The notes below the pieces were generated by a model. It had not been told where the DNA came from, did no database searches, and saw only the letters and a program-made list of their open reading frames with translations. A DNA stretch of 55,123 nt from a candidate division WOR-3 bacterium. GTDB taxonomy: Bacteria; Hydrothermota; Hydrothermia; JBDRYB01. Position 1 is the stretch's first letter, and each line of letters starts with the position of its first letter. A program made the position numbers and the translations under genes. The stretch lies in the NCBI GenBank assembly GCA_039803205.1, contig JBDRYB010000011.1, positions 1 through 55,123 on the forward strand, read 5' to 3'. Of this stretch, positions 38,362 through 51,477 are shown one piece after another.

Positions 38362-39335
38362 TTAGCCCTTCTGTTCCTTCAGAAACTCATAAGCGGATTG
38401 CGCGGCCAGGGCACCATCGCCTACGGCGGTGGATACCTGCCTCAGTGGTTTTGCCCTCACATCGCCCGCGGCAAAGAGGCCCGGCGTCCTCGTTCGCATA
38501 TGGGCATCGGTTATTATGAATCCGTTCTCGTCCGCTTCAACCAACTCCAAGAAAGGCTGTGAGTTGGGCACGAGGCCAACATAAACGAATATCCCGTCCA
38601 GGGCTATCTCCTTGTTCTCGTGCGTTTCTCGGTTCTCTAGGACGATGGCCCTGACCCTGTTCTCACCCTTTATCTCAACCGGAACATACGGGGTCAGGAA
38701 TTCAACATTTCCCAGGTTTCTGACCTCGTTCACGAGGTAATTCTGGGCCCTGAACTCGGCTCTCCTGTGGATGAGATAAACCTTTCCAGCCAAGGATGAA
38801 AGGTATCTGGCCTCTGAGAGGGCGGAATCCCCTCCGCCTATGACCGCGACTGTTTTTTCCCTGAACAGCATCCCGTCGCAGACAGCGCAGTATGAAACGC
38901 CACGGCCTATGAACTCATCCTCGCCTGGTATGCCGAGCCTTTTGGGTTCTGCGCCTGTGGATGCTATTACTGCCCTTGCGACGAGCTCTGCTCCTGATTC
39001 AGCAGAGAGCCTAAAAAGATCCCCCTCGCGCTTCACGGAGGCAATTCCATCCTGGATTATCTCCGCGCCGAAACGCCTTGCCTGCGCTTCCATCAGTTCC
39101 CCAAGCCTCGCTCCGGATATCCCCTCCGGAAACCCCGGATAGTTCTCAACCAGATCAGCGGTCGCTATCTGGCCGCCTGGGGCTAGCCTTTCGGCAACGA
39201 GGGTCTTTAATCCGAATCTGGCGCCATAGATAGCACCTGTGAGGCCTGCGGGCCCAGCGCCAGCTATCACGAGATCATACTCTGAGGATGACCGGCCCTT
39301 TGGGGACGAGAAGCGAAGTTCTATCGGAGTCAAAC

Positions 39336-39339
<4 letters not shown>
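38362..39339 (-). CDS. trxB: Thioredoxin reductase
   Basis: [33 protein letters not shown]. Confidence 0.95.
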
Positions 39340-41791
<2,452 letters not shown>

Positions 41792-41792
<1 letters not shown>

Positions 41793-42448
41793 TACCCACC
41801 TCCTAGATATGCGGAGAGGAACCTTATCCTCGCATCAGCCTCTACAGCCGAAGGGGTTTTCTCATACCTCTGTTTTATCTCCCTATAGAGGCCTAAGGCC
41901 TCCCCTGGGTTACCGGAGATCTCCATGCACATCGCTCTCCGGTATGTGTAGAATGCCTTGTATGTCTCGTATGGCGTCTTTTCAGCGGCTTGGCTGAGTA
42001 GCCTTTCGGCCTCCTCGTAGCGTTCCTGGTTCATTCTGATGGATGCCATACCAGAAAGAGCGCATGCCTCTGTGAAAGGATCTCCGGGCTTGGATGCAAG
42101 GAACCTGGACCAGAACTCTTCTGCCTTCACTATGTCACCAGTGGAAAAGTAGTGATAGCCGAGATAATAGAGTGCCTTTTTCCCCCAGCGGGTGTTCGGA
42201 AAACGCTGATAAAGGTCAAGAAGGGCGGGAATTGCCCGCGTGGTATCCCCCATGCTCATCAGATAAACAGCCTGCACATATTCCCACTGACCCTTTGGTT
42301 TTCCAGCCCTTCCTCTCTGGGTGTAAGCCAGAAAGGCAACCCCGACAACCACGGCCGCGAACCCCCAAAGCAGGTTGCTTCTGTTGCGACCAACCCAGGC
42401 TCGGATGGCCTGAGCTTTCTCGCCGGAGAACATCTCCTTAATCTTCAT
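41792..42448 (-). CDS. Membrane-anchored TPR protein (YfgM-like)
   Basis: One TM segment followed by TPR helices. Confidence 0.7.
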
Positions 42449-42519
42449 CGCTTTCCCTCAGGCTTATATTATAACCCAGAACCCGCGTAAATCGCAAGTG
42501 CTTGAGAGAGTTATCAAAT

Positions 42520-43171
42520 CTGGCCTTTACCCATTTCCTCACCTCTTGAAGATTTCATCAGGGTTATCCGTGCCTCACATGATAGCTCGCCAGAGCTTCT
42601 CTTTATCCACTCGTAATCGGCTCCTCATCCACGCTCACTGATACCGTGAGCCACATGAGGCCTCTGGTTATGACCTTCTTGCCAGGCCTGTGGTTCTTGA
42701 GCCCACTCCATGCTCCCAGTTTCGCTATGAGAAGGATCACCTTGTTATCAGCCTCAGCTCCCAGGGAGTAGATGTATCCTCCTGTGAGGGCCGTGATGGA
42801 TGAGAGAGACTGTATGCTTTGCCAAGAGCGAACCTGGAAGCTATCTGAACCCAGGCACTCCTTCATGAACTTGAAGTAATCCTCAACTGCCCACCTCATA
42901 GAGTATATCTCGTATACCCTCATGGCCTCATCAGCATCCCTTAACGAGGTTCAGAACCTTGTAGAAGCGCCTCCTGCACCTCCTAGGGGAAAAAGAGGCC
43001 AGGGCCATGACCGAGAGCTTACCGCATTGGATTACCCCTGAGACAGCATCCCTCACCATTGCATAACGCCTGCCATGTCCCAAGACTTCCATCAGTGGTG
43101 AAAGATATTCAAGGAGTCCTTCCATAGGAGACAGATTATGAGGATCAGGGAAAGTTTTGGGTAAGGGTCAG
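42520..43171 (-). mobile_element. Internally deleted IS4-family (Tn5/IS50-like) insertion sequence
   Basis: Terminal inverted repeats ctggcctttaccca (42520-42533) and tgggtaagggtcag (43158-43171) match 12/14 and enclose transposase fragments. Confidence 0.75.
42603..43125 (-). pseudogene. IS4-family transposase remnant; N- and C-terminal pieces remain, central core missing
   Basis: YxxRWxVExYFK (YREK) motif and a Tn5-dimerisation-like IAKLG...RPGKKVITRGL segment; split into two frames. Confidence 0.8.
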
Positions 43172-45421
43172 TTCCGGGTGCCTCGCCCCCGCGACGAGGG
43201 CCTGGCCCAGACAAAGCCCCCCATCGTTCGGCGGAACGCGTTGATGCCAGTAAACCCGGATCCCCTTGGCCTCTTCAACCAAAAAGCCCAAAAGGAGCCT
43301 GTTTTGCCAGCACCCTCCTGAGACAAAAACCCTGTCATGGCCGAGAATTTTGGTAACTTCAAGCCCTGCCCTGATCAGGGTCATGTGGAATCTCATCGCA
43401 ATCGCGGTCTTGCTTTTGCCCTTCACGAGGTCCTGGACTACCTCGCGAATCATGGGCCGCCAATCGATCTCGAGCAAATCGCCCTCTCTGGTTATCTCGT
43501 ATTCGTAATTTCTCCGAGACCCCCGGCTGCAGAACTCTAACTCCATAGCGGCTTGGCTCTCAAACGAGACCTTCTGCCTTATGCCGAGGATCGACGCGAC
43601 GCCATCAAAGAGCCTGCCAACAGCGGAGGTCAGGGGAGAACGGAAGCCGGTCTCGTGCATTCTTATGAGAACCTCTAGCTCCTTTGAGCTAAAATGTTCA
43701 ACCGGGGGGAGATTCAGGTCAAAGGCGGCCTCGCCAAAGGTTTCAAGCAAAAGGGAAAGCCCACACCGCGCGGGCTCTCTTACCGCGGCCTCTCCGCCGA
43801 GCAACCTGAAGGGCCTGAAACGGGCGAGCCTCTGGTAATCCTTCCAATCCCCAAATATGAATTCCCCTCCCCAAACCGTGCCGTCAGTCCCCCAACCCGT
43901 TCCGTCCCAGCAGAAACCCAAAACCGGCTCATCAACATCGTGCTCTCCAGCAACGGAGGCAAGGTGCGCGTGGTGGTGCTGAACCCGGATAAGGGGAAGG
44001 CCCATCTCCTCCCCGAATCTCGTTGACGGATAATCCGGATGCATATCAACCGCGACAACCTCTGGCTCAAATTCCCAGAGCCTCATCATGTCATAAACCG
44101 TTTCGCGGAAAGCCGAGAGGGCCTCAGGGGTATCAAGGTCGCCGATGTGCTGTGATATGAAGACATTCCTGCCTAGAGAGATGGCAATCGTGTTCTTGTG
44201 ATGGCCGCCCAGGGCGAGGACCCTCGGGAGATCGCGCCTAACCATTATTGGGAGGGGCGCGAATCCCCTTGCCCTCCTTATGAGAACTCGGGTCTTGTTG
44301 AAGAGAAACATGACGGAATCGTCAACCCTCCTGGCTATTGGCCTGTCGTGAAGAACAAAAGCGTCTGCGATATCACCGAGCTTCTCTAGGGCCTCGTCGT
44401 TATTCGTGGCCATGGGCTCATCTGAGAGATTGCCGCTCGTTGCCACGCATGGGAACTGAGCTGATGTCATAAGGATGTGGTGCAGAGGGGTATAGGGCAG
44501 GAAACAGCCGAGATAAGGGTTCCCGGGAGCGACCTCAGGGGCAATATCCGAGTCAGGACGCTCCCGAAGGAGAACTATTGGGGCCTCAGGGGAAAGGAGC
44601 GCGCTCTGCTCCTCACGACTCACAAAGCACCTCTTCTTGATCTCCTCTAGTGAAGGAAACATCACGGCAAGAGGCTTCTCATACCTGCGCTTTCTCTCCC
44701 TCAGGGTTCTAACGGCTTCACGGTTCCTCGCGTCGCAGAACAAATGAAAACCACCGAGGCCCTTTATTGCCAATATCTTTCCCTGGCCGAGCAGATATGC
44801 GGCAACAATGAGGGCATCTCCGTCCCTGATCACGATAGGATCGTGGTCAAGGACCATCCAGGCCGAGGGCCCGCACCTCGGGCAAGCGTTCGGCTGGGCG
44901 TGGTATCGCCTGTCCTCGGGGTCCTCGTATTCTGCCCGACAAAGGGGACACATCCTGAAGCCCTTCATGGTTGTGTTCGGCCTGTCATACGGGAGGGATT
45001 CTATTATTGAAAACCGCGGGCCGCAATTCGTGCAATTCGTGAACGGATAAAGGTATCTCCGGCTTGAAGGGACAAAGGTGTCAACGAGGCACTCCTCGCA
45101 AACCGCTATATCAGGGAGAACCAGGACGGTCGGCCTCGCGGATTTCACGCTTTCCCTTATCTCAAAGCCGTCGTAGCCGACCGGATCGTGCCAGGAGAAC
45201 TCAAGGGACTGGATCCTGGCCGCTGGAGGGGGATCACTCTGTATCCTTCTCAGGAAACGAGAAAGGGCCTCCTCGGCGCCCTCAGCCTCAACGAAAACTC
45301 CCTCCTCTGAGTTCAGAACCCAGCCGGATATCCCAAGATCGCGAGCTAATCTTGCGATGAAGGGCCTCATTCCAACGCCCTGAACAGCGCCGCGGATGAC
45401 GATCTTCAATAATCTGCGCAA
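43145..45421 (-). CDS. hypF: Hydrogenase maturation carbamoyltransferase HypF
   Basis: Acylphosphatase G.VQGVG.RP, zinc fingers CTNCGPR and HAQPNACP.CGP, QHHHAH, PPNDGG. Confidence 0.95.
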   Translation of the reverse strand: MRRLLKIVIRGAVQGVGMRPFIARLARDLGISGWVLNSEEGVFVEAEGAEEALSRFLRRIQSDPPPAARIQSLEFSWHDPVGYDGFEIRESVKSARPTVLVLPDIAVCEECLVDTFVPSSRRYLYPFTNCTNCGPRFSIIESLPYDRPNTTMKGFRMCPLCRAEYEDPEDRRYHAQPNACPRCGPSAWMVLDHDPIVIRDGDALIVAAYLLGQGKILAIKGLGGFHLFCDARNREAVRTLRERKRRYEKPLAVMFPSLEEIKKRCFVSREEQSALLSPEAPIVLLRERPDSDIAPEVAPGNPYLGCFLPYTPLHHILMTSAQFPCVATSGNLSDEPMATNNDEALEKLGDIADAFVLHDRPIARRVDDSVMFLFNKTRVLIRRARGFAPLPIMVRRDLPRVLALGGHHKNTIAISLGRNVFISQHIGDLDTPEALSAFRETVYDMMRLWEFEPEVVAVDMHPDYPSTRFGEEMGLPLIRVQHHHAHLASVAGEHDVDEPVLGFCWDGTGWGTDGTVWGGEFIFGDWKDYQRLARFRPFRLLGGEAAVREPARCGLSLLLETFGEAAFDLNLPPVEHFSSKELEVLIRMHETGFRSPLTSAVGRLFDGVASILGIRQKVSFESQAAMELEFCSRGSRRNYEYEITREGDLLEIDWRPMIREVVQDLVKGKSKTAIAMRFHMTLIRAGLEVTKILGHDRVFVSGGCWQNRLLLGFLVEEAKGIRVYWHQRVPPNDGGLCLGQALVAGARHPELTLTQNFP

Positions 45422-45423
45422 GT

Positions 45424-46317
45424 CTACAAGGTCCTATCTCTTCTTTTGGGTATCATCTCAAAAATACCCCTTTTTATGTGGATGTTCATGGGTTTTGGAA
45501 CCGCGCCGAACGACTCCTTGAAAGCGGCTTGGCCCTTGTCTCCTGGGGTTGTTGAGCCAAGGCTGAACTCCGTGATGCCCATATCCCTGGCGGATTCCAC
45601 CGAGCGCATGATCAGCGCGCTCATGGGCCTAAGGCCGGCGAATTCCCTATCAAACCCGTGCAGGTATGAGACGGCGCGCTGATTGTGAAAGAAATTCAGG
45701 ATGAAAGCGACCGCTCTCCCCTCGTGCCTGGCGATGAAACCGAGGATGTGGCCGGACATCTCCGTGAACAAGGCCTCCATTGCCCTAAGCCCGAACCTTA
45801 GTCCACCCTTGATAGCCTTTACTTTGCAGTAGAGACCATATATCTCCTCCGAAAAGCCCGATATCCTCTCAAGCGAAAGCCCCCTTCTCTCGGCTTGCCT
45901 CGTGGCTTTGATCTGGGAACGGGATGGGCTGAAGCGAGCGGTATCAATCAGGTGAACTGGGACCCTAATGAGGCTCCAGGGGGAAGTAAGAACCCCCTCC
46001 GGATCGCATATTCTTACCCTCCAGTAGTCTGAGAGGGGTTTGTGCCAATCGCGCGGGGCCGGAGAACCCAGGGGGCCGCCGGGCGCGTCAAATGGCACAG
46101 AATACCCCGCACGCACGAACAGAAATCTCCTCTCAACTATGGGCATGATACCCGATGGATAGCCTCCTTCATGCCAAACCAAGAACCTTATTTTGGAGCC
46201 AGGCAGGATGGTCCGGACGAACCTGAGCCAGGATAGGGTGTGGAATGGTGTAGCAGAAGGAAGCTCAAGAAATCTCAGGTAAACGGGGGATCCCTCTTCG
46301 TATCCGATGAACTCCAA
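45424..46317 (-). CDS. GNAT/FemAB-like acyltransferase
   Basis: TPFH...W, RQAERRG, FSLG......G...FKESFGA. Confidence 0.7.
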   Translation of the reverse strand: MEFIGYEEGSPVYLRFLELPSATPFHTLSWLRFVRTILPGSKIRFLVWHEGGYPSGIMPIVERRFLFVRAGYSVPFDAPGGPLGSPAPRDWHKPLSDYWRVRICDPEGVLTSPWSLIRVPVHLIDTARFSPSRSQIKATRQAERRGLSLERISGFSEEIYGLYCKVKAIKGGLRFGLRAMEALFTEMSGHILGFIARHEGRAVAFILNFFHNQRAVSYLHGFDREFAGLRPMSALIMRSVESARDMGITEFSLGSTTPGDKGQAAFKESFGAVPKPMNIHIKRGIFEMIPKRRDRTL

Positions 46318-46328
46318 GTCAGTGATCC

Positions 46329-46952
46329 TTAGAATGCCCTCGTGAAGCCGAATCTCGCACCGCCCTCAGGGAGGATCCTGATATGAAAACCCGTGCCCTC
46401 AAGGGGGGTTCCGGAAAACCACTGGGCGTATACGAAGGCCTCAAGCCCAGAAAACAGGTGATTCGCGAGCACAATCCCTAGCATGGTTCCGGAGAGGCTG
46501 AATGCGTTCCGGGAAGCAGACCTGAGGCGCATGAACTCCTTCTTGGCTTCCTCGCTCGGCCACGCCCATTTTTCGGTGAGCTTTACGGAATCAACATATG
46601 CGGCCTGCTCCTCTGGATCGTCGGGAAAGAGCTCTCTGGCTTTTGCCCAAAGCCCCTCTAGGTAGTCGTCGTAGTTCATGTATTCCTCCATGGCAGACCA
46701 GTATTCCTCACCCCAATCTGGGCGCGCGCCCGTCTTTTCGTATGCCCATATGACCGATTGCTCAGCGAGGCGGTCCCCTTTTATCCTGAAACCGAGGGCC
46801 CCAGCCCAGGAGCCAGCTTCGGTCCCGAGGAACACCCAACCCGGCACGGTTTGGCCTAGTGAGAACTGGCCCCAGCCGGGCAAAACCAGAGACCTGAGGC
46901 CAGCTCTGACCGAGGGCGAAAGGCCAGCCACCAAAGCGAAAAAGAGCATCAT
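46329..46952 (-). CDS. Hypothetical exported/membrane protein (SLVLPGWGQ motif)
   Basis: Signal-like N-terminus, SLVLPGWGQ, C-terminal Phe; TAAAAT 6 nt before ATG 46952. Confidence 0.65.
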   Translation of the reverse strand: MMLFFALVAGLSPSVRAGLRSLVLPGWGQFSLGQTVPGWVFLGTEAGSWAGALGFRIKGDRLAEQSVIWAYEKTGARPDWGEEYWSAMEEYMNYDDYLEGLWAKARELFPDDPEEQAAYVDSVKLTEKWAWPSEEAKKEFMRLRSASRNAFSLSGTMLGIVLANHLFSGLEAFVYAQWFSGTPLEGTGFHIRILPEGGARFGFTRAF

Positions 46953-47005
46953 GCACATATTTTAAACCCTGCTGGCAGGACATTTCCAGCTTTATAATTT
47001 AACCC

Positions 47006-47548
47006 TTGAGAAGGTTCTGTCTTTTGGTGCTTTGCCTTTGCTGTGACTGGTTTGGCCTCAGAGAACCCAAACCACCTGCCGGGCCCCCATACTGGGAACA
47101 GCCAACAACCCCCGATGCAGTGCTGTTTAACCTTCAAAACTCCCTGAATTTCCAGCTTCCTGATAACTATGTTTCGTGCCTGAACGAGTTTTTCTTATTC
47201 GCGCCCGATCCATCCTTACAGGGCTCCCAATATGAAAACTGGAACAAGAGGACTGAGGACACGATAATAAGAAACATGATGGCGCAGCTGGACCTCGGCC
47301 AGCCAACCCCAATAAACGCATCATTCACGGTGATTGACGAGTGGGAGGATGGTCCATCATCATATTATTACAACATCTCGTATGACATAACAGTTTATCT
47401 CTCTGGCGGGAACATATACCGGGCAAAGGGAACCAGCAAGCTCAACCTCGTGAAAAACCCGGACACGAGGCTCTGGGACATCCTCACTTGGGAGGACTTC
47501 AAGACAGACTCTGTTTCCTGGGCAGAACTAAAGGTAATCTTCAGATGA
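47006..47548 (+). CDS. Hypothetical lipoprotein
   Basis: Short hydrophobic leader with Cys residues; P.TP..VL.N motif; ATGA overlap with the next gene. Confidence 0.65.
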   Translation: MRRFCLLVLCLCCDWFGLREPKPPAGPPYWEQPTTPDAVLFNLQNSLNFQLPDNYVSCLNEFFLFAPDPSLQGSQYENWNKRTEDTIIRNMMAQLDLGQPTPINASFTVIDEWEDGPSSYYYNISYDITVYLSGGNIYRAKGTSKLNLVKNPDTRLWDILTWEDFKTDSVSWAELKVIFR

Positions 47549-48159
47549 TAACAGGCATCCTCACCATGAGCGCGGAACTGCTCGCAGGGGCAGGGCCTTC
47601 AGCCCCGGCGGGGAGGATGATCTACCAGAGCTGCTACGGCGAGATAGACTACGGATACACCGCTTGGTTCAATTTCTTCTTTCAATTGTCATACCTGAAG
47701 GGATTCCCAATCGGACTTGAACCCTATTTCAGGATAAGCCACACGGATCACAACCAGCGCTTCTCTGAGACAACATACATGGGTATGCCAATAGGCTCAA
47801 AGATAAACGAGTCCGTCGTCTCATACGAGCTCGGGGCATCGCGCGGGGTTTTCAACTGGTCAAAGATATATTTAGTGGCCGGCGCGGCCATCACTGGGAA
47901 CTTCGGCCACCTTGAATGGGAGTCTTATGGCTCTGAGGCCGCACTCAAGGATACGGTTATAAACCGTGCGACCCCTGGGCTACTTGGGCTTGCGAGGCTT
48001 GAGTTCAGGGAGAACCGGAGGGAATATCTGAGCGACAGGACCGTAACCCTGGTAATAGGCTCATCGGGGCGTGTGAACTACATGTGGCTGAGCCAAGATG
48101 ACTGGCCATTCCAGAAATGGTTCGCAACTTTGGATATCTATGTAGGGGTGAGGTGGTGA
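47545..48159 (+). CDS. Hypothetical small outer-membrane beta-barrel protein
   Basis: Amphipathic beta-strand pattern; C-terminal YVGVRW resembles a beta-signal. Confidence 0.55.
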   Translation: MITGILTMSAELLAGAGPSAPAGRMIYQSCYGEIDYGYTAWFNFFFQLSYLKGFPIGLEPYFRISHTDHNQRFSETTYMGMPIGSKINESVVSYELGASRGVFNWSKIYLVAGAAITGNFGHLEWESYGSEAALKDTVINRATPGLLGLARLEFRENRREYLSDRTVTLVIGSSGRVNYMWLSQDDWPFQKWFATLDIYVGVRW

Positions 48160-48206
48160 GTCAGGAGGCAAGGGTGCGAAACCCCAGAAACAAGATGAGA
48201 TAAAAA

Positions 48207-48290
48207 CGGAGGGTGAGGGATTTGAACCCCCATGGGCTTTCGCCCGGCTGATTTCAAATCAGCTGCCTTACCTGGTTAGGCTAACCCTCC
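48207..48290 (-). tRNA. tRNA-Ser(UGA), CCA not encoded
   Basis: Minus strand: acceptor ggagggt/accctcc plus G, anticodon arm gctga-tt TGA aa-tcagc, long variable arm gggc-gaaa-gccc, T-loop ttcaaat. Confidence 0.95.
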
Positions 48291-49310
48291 GGCGAGGATT
48301 TTCTGTTTTTCGCTTTTCTTGAACTGACCATAATTCCCTTGTCCCGAACCCTCTCTGTGTGGTCCTGAGCCCAGGAGCTCCGCAAGGGTCCGAAGGTCAA
48401 CCCCATCCATAACCTTCCAGCTCGCGTATGTGTGTCTGAGATCGTGAAAGCGAAAGTCGCGGATTCCTGCTTCACGGCAAGCCTTTCTGAAAGCTTTCTC
48501 GGGATAGCGCATCCTCAGAGCCATATTATCATCCCCGCGTGGTAACTGGATCAACAGCTTCCTGAGATCATCGTGCAGGGGGATGAGCCGCGCTGAACCT
48601 GTCTTGCTCTCTCTGACTCGTATTATCCCCCTCTCCAGGTCCACATCTTCCCATCTGAGCGCCCTTATCTCCCCTATTCTCATTCCAGTGTATAGAGCTA
48701 TTGCCACGAAAGCAAAAAGCCAGAGATTATTCCGGCAGGCATTTAAGAGAGCTTGAGCCTCATCAGGACTGAGGTAGCGAATTCTGCCGGCAGGTTCTCT
48801 GAGAGGACGAATACCCTTAAGGGGACTGGCTTCCAGGATTCCCCATTCCACTGCCCTGTTAAAGACCGAACGGATAAAGGCATAATATCGGTTGACCGTG
48901 GAGGGCGAGTGCGAAAGCGCGAGGCACTGAAGGGTTTCAAGCACCCTTTCTGTTCTCAGTTGGGAGAGGGGCAAATCACCCAGGGCCTCAAGAAAGAAAG
49001 CCGCGTAGAATACTTCAGAACGCAAATAGGATTTTGAATGCGCGGTTTTTGCCCACTCCAAATACCGAGCAAATAGCTCTGAAAGGGTTATTATTGCCCC
49101 GGCCCTCTTCTCAGGCATGACCCCAAGCCTCGCGAGGTGCTTCTCGTGCCTGAGCTTGTTGAGAAAAGCCTCCGCGTCGGCCCTCTCAGGGAACTGTCTC
49201 CTAACCCTCCGGCCCCAGGCATCATAAGCATCAACCTGGTAGGATATGGCCCCGCTCTCAAGGGTTATCCTGCGAATCCTGCCGCGGCCACGGGGCATAG
49301 TAAGGCTCAT
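48276..49310 (-). pseudogene. Tyrosine integrase lacking the box II His and the catalytic Tyr (start ATG 49310 or 49298)
   Basis: TGMRIGE, SKTG and HDLRH are present; the sequence diverges right after LAELLG. Confidence 0.8.
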
Positions 49311-49467
49311 ATTATAATGCCTGCGGGACAACTGGAGAATACACGCGGATAATTCGCATGGCGCCTCGTTTTCCGAACTTGCGCGCGCAAGATTATCAAT
49401 CGTAGTGGGGGTTTGAGGGCAAAATTTTGAGGTGGGGAGCCCCATACAAAATACTTTGCGCCTCAGA

Positions 49468-49867
49468 ATGAAGTTCCTAACACCCGGCCCAGGTTGCCGA
49501 AGAGCTCCAGTGCTCCTTGGACCATGTCTATGACCTAATAAGGGCCGGGGTTATTCCTGCCAGGGACATATCCAGGCCAGGAGCAAGGAGAAGGACCTAC
49601 AGGATACCAGCCAGCGCGCTTGAATCCTTACCCCTATTTAATCCTCCAGGAACCAGGGGCCTCAGGGAGCCTCCTCCGAGCTGGAGATACGGGGGCATGG
49701 CCGAGTTCAACAGGATAGTCGCGGAGATAAAGGCCGAGGCCCGGAAAGCCCGGAGGGAGAGGTTTTCGGGCCGGGGGGATATTAAGATACCCCATGGGGG
49801 CAAAAAGGCGCGTCCTGAGCAAATCCCGACCCCGGCTCGCACTATTACCGGAGGGGAGGAGCTATGA
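49468..49867 (+). pseudogene. Excisionase-like HTH gene, copy 1, +1 frameshift at the C run 49488-49490
   Basis: MKFLTPG then, after removing one C, QVAEELQCSLDHVYDLIRAG.IPA...YRIP; 400 nt, 399 once corrected. Confidence 0.75.
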
Positions 49868-51138
49868 GCGTATCCGCGCGAGACAATCGCAAAAGCGATC
49901 CCCTCTGGGCACGAGGGTTCACCAGGCTCTTTGACATCATAATTGAGAACACGGCCCGGCTCGGCCTCACTTCCCACCAAATAAGGATGATCCTGGTTCT
50001 CAACCTTCTGGCCTTCCGGGGCCAGCGCACCACATACCGCAAGATAGGTGAACTCACGGGAACAACCCCGGACGGGGCCAGGAAAATGGTCAAGAAAATG
50101 GCGGGCCTGGGCTGGATCAGGGTGGATAACGCGGACCCCAAGGACAGGATAAGCCTCAAGCCATACGAGGAGCGCGCGGTCGCATTAGCTAACCAGGTAG
50201 GCCCCAGGCGTCAAAAGGAACCCGAAAATTACGATGTAGAGTTTGTCTGGACAGCCGGGACCCTCCACTTCACCAGGCTCCCGGCCCTTCTCTTTGAGCA
50301 CCCGGATATTGCCCTGAGCGCCACCGAATTGCACTTAATATTGGTTATCTCATACTTCACTTATGGGTTTGCCACGAGGATACGCTTTGGCCAAATAATT
50401 CACACGAGCATAGCGGAGATAGCCGAGCTCATGGGTGTTCGGCCCAGGAGCGTGTCCAGAATCCTGAGGCGCCTGGAGGCCAGGGGATATTTGATCAGAA
50501 CAACCCAGCCGGGCCAGGCCCTCAGCTTTGACCTTTCTCCCCTGTTTGACCGCCTCCGTGAGACAGAAAGGGCGCTCTCGGAGGTTCAAGATATTGCAAG
50601 CCAATACAACCTGGAAATTCTCAGGGAGCTATTGCCCCAGACCCAGTTTGCCGAGGTGCCAGAAGAGGTTATCACGAGCCTGATAAAGCAGTATGGCGCT
50701 GGGCGCGTGGCTATGGTTGTGGACATCCTTAGCCTCCAATACAGGAACAGGAGGATACTGAACCCAGCCCGGCTCCTCAAGAGCATGCTGGCAAGGGGCA
50801 TAGAGCCGGACGAGGGGTTTATACCCTGGCCCATAAGGGAGGCCCAGAGGAGGCAAGCGGAACAGGAAGAGGCCCGGAGAAAGCAAATAGAGGCCTTGCG
50901 CCGAGAACTGGAAGAATACGCTAAAAACGCTTGGAGAAACGCTTCCCCCGTGGAACGAGAACCATATATTTGTGAGGCGCAGGAATTCATCCAGTCTACG
51001 GGGTTAAACATTCCCCTGGAAAACCTGGCAATATCCCTTTACACCGAGGCCATAGCCTTTGACCGATTATGCAACGAGAGGGGAACGCCGCCGGAACGGA
51101 GGGAGAAACTGCGGAAACTCCTGTTTGGAGGAGCATGA
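49864..51138 (+). CDS. Putative replication initiator with two DnaD-N-like winged-helix domains
   Basis: Duplicated W..G..FTRL...L motif, each followed by an HTH (YRKIGELTG; IAEIAELMGV..RSVSRILRRLEARGYL); helical C-domain with NPARLL. Confidence 0.65.
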   Translation: MSVSARDNRKSDPLWARGFTRLFDIIIENTARLGLTSHQIRMILVLNLLAFRGQRTTYRKIGELTGTTPDGARKMVKKMAGLGWIRVDNADPKDRISLKPYEERAVALANQVGPRRQKEPENYDVEFVWTAGTLHFTRLPALLFEHPDIALSATELHLILVISYFTYGFATRIRFGQIIHTSIAEIAELMGVRPRSVSRILRRLEARGYLIRTTQPGQALSFDLSPLFDRLRETERALSEVQDIASQYNLEILRELLPQTQFAEVPEEVITSLIKQYGAGRVAMVVDILSLQYRNRRILNPARLLKSMLARGIEPDEGFIPWPIREAQRRQAEQEEARRKQIEALRRELEEYAKNAWRNASPVEREPYICEAQEFIQSTGLNIPLENLAISLYTEAIAFDRLCNERGTPPERREKLRKLLFGGA

Positions 51139-51317
51139 GAGGGAAAAAGCCCGCCAAAGGGGCATTATTTACCATTCATGTCATTAGGCCCGATTGTTCT
51201 CCCAGAGAGATTTTGTGCCCCAGCGGTTCAAGTATCATTATCACAGGGCCCTATCCCCATGAACCCATAATCGGGTGGAGAACCGCGCGGCGTGGCCAGA
51301 GGGGAGCGCTGAGCTGA
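51135..51317 (+). CDS. Small hypothetical protein (60 aa)
   Basis: GGAGGAG upstream; ATGA overlap with the Rep-like gene. Confidence 0.45.
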   Translation: MRGKKPAKGALFTIHVIRPDCSPREILCPSGSSIIITGPYPHEPIIGWRTARRGQRGALS

Positions 51318-51477
51318 CCTACAGAACCACCTGCCCTTTAGCACTCCGCTTATTCCTCCACAGGACCAAAGGGGGATATACCTTTCCCTCCTCAGGATTG
51401 ACCCCTCAATTTATATCATAAAACAATAACTCCCCCACCAACCCCACAGCAACCCCAAACTGGGTTTCTACCCCCCA

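Noticed and set aside
48207..48290. tRNA-Sec, because the + strand loop reads TCA
   Set aside because: The T-loop and D-arm order only work on the minus strand, giving anticodon UGA and a normal 7-bp acceptor stem, i.e. Ser.
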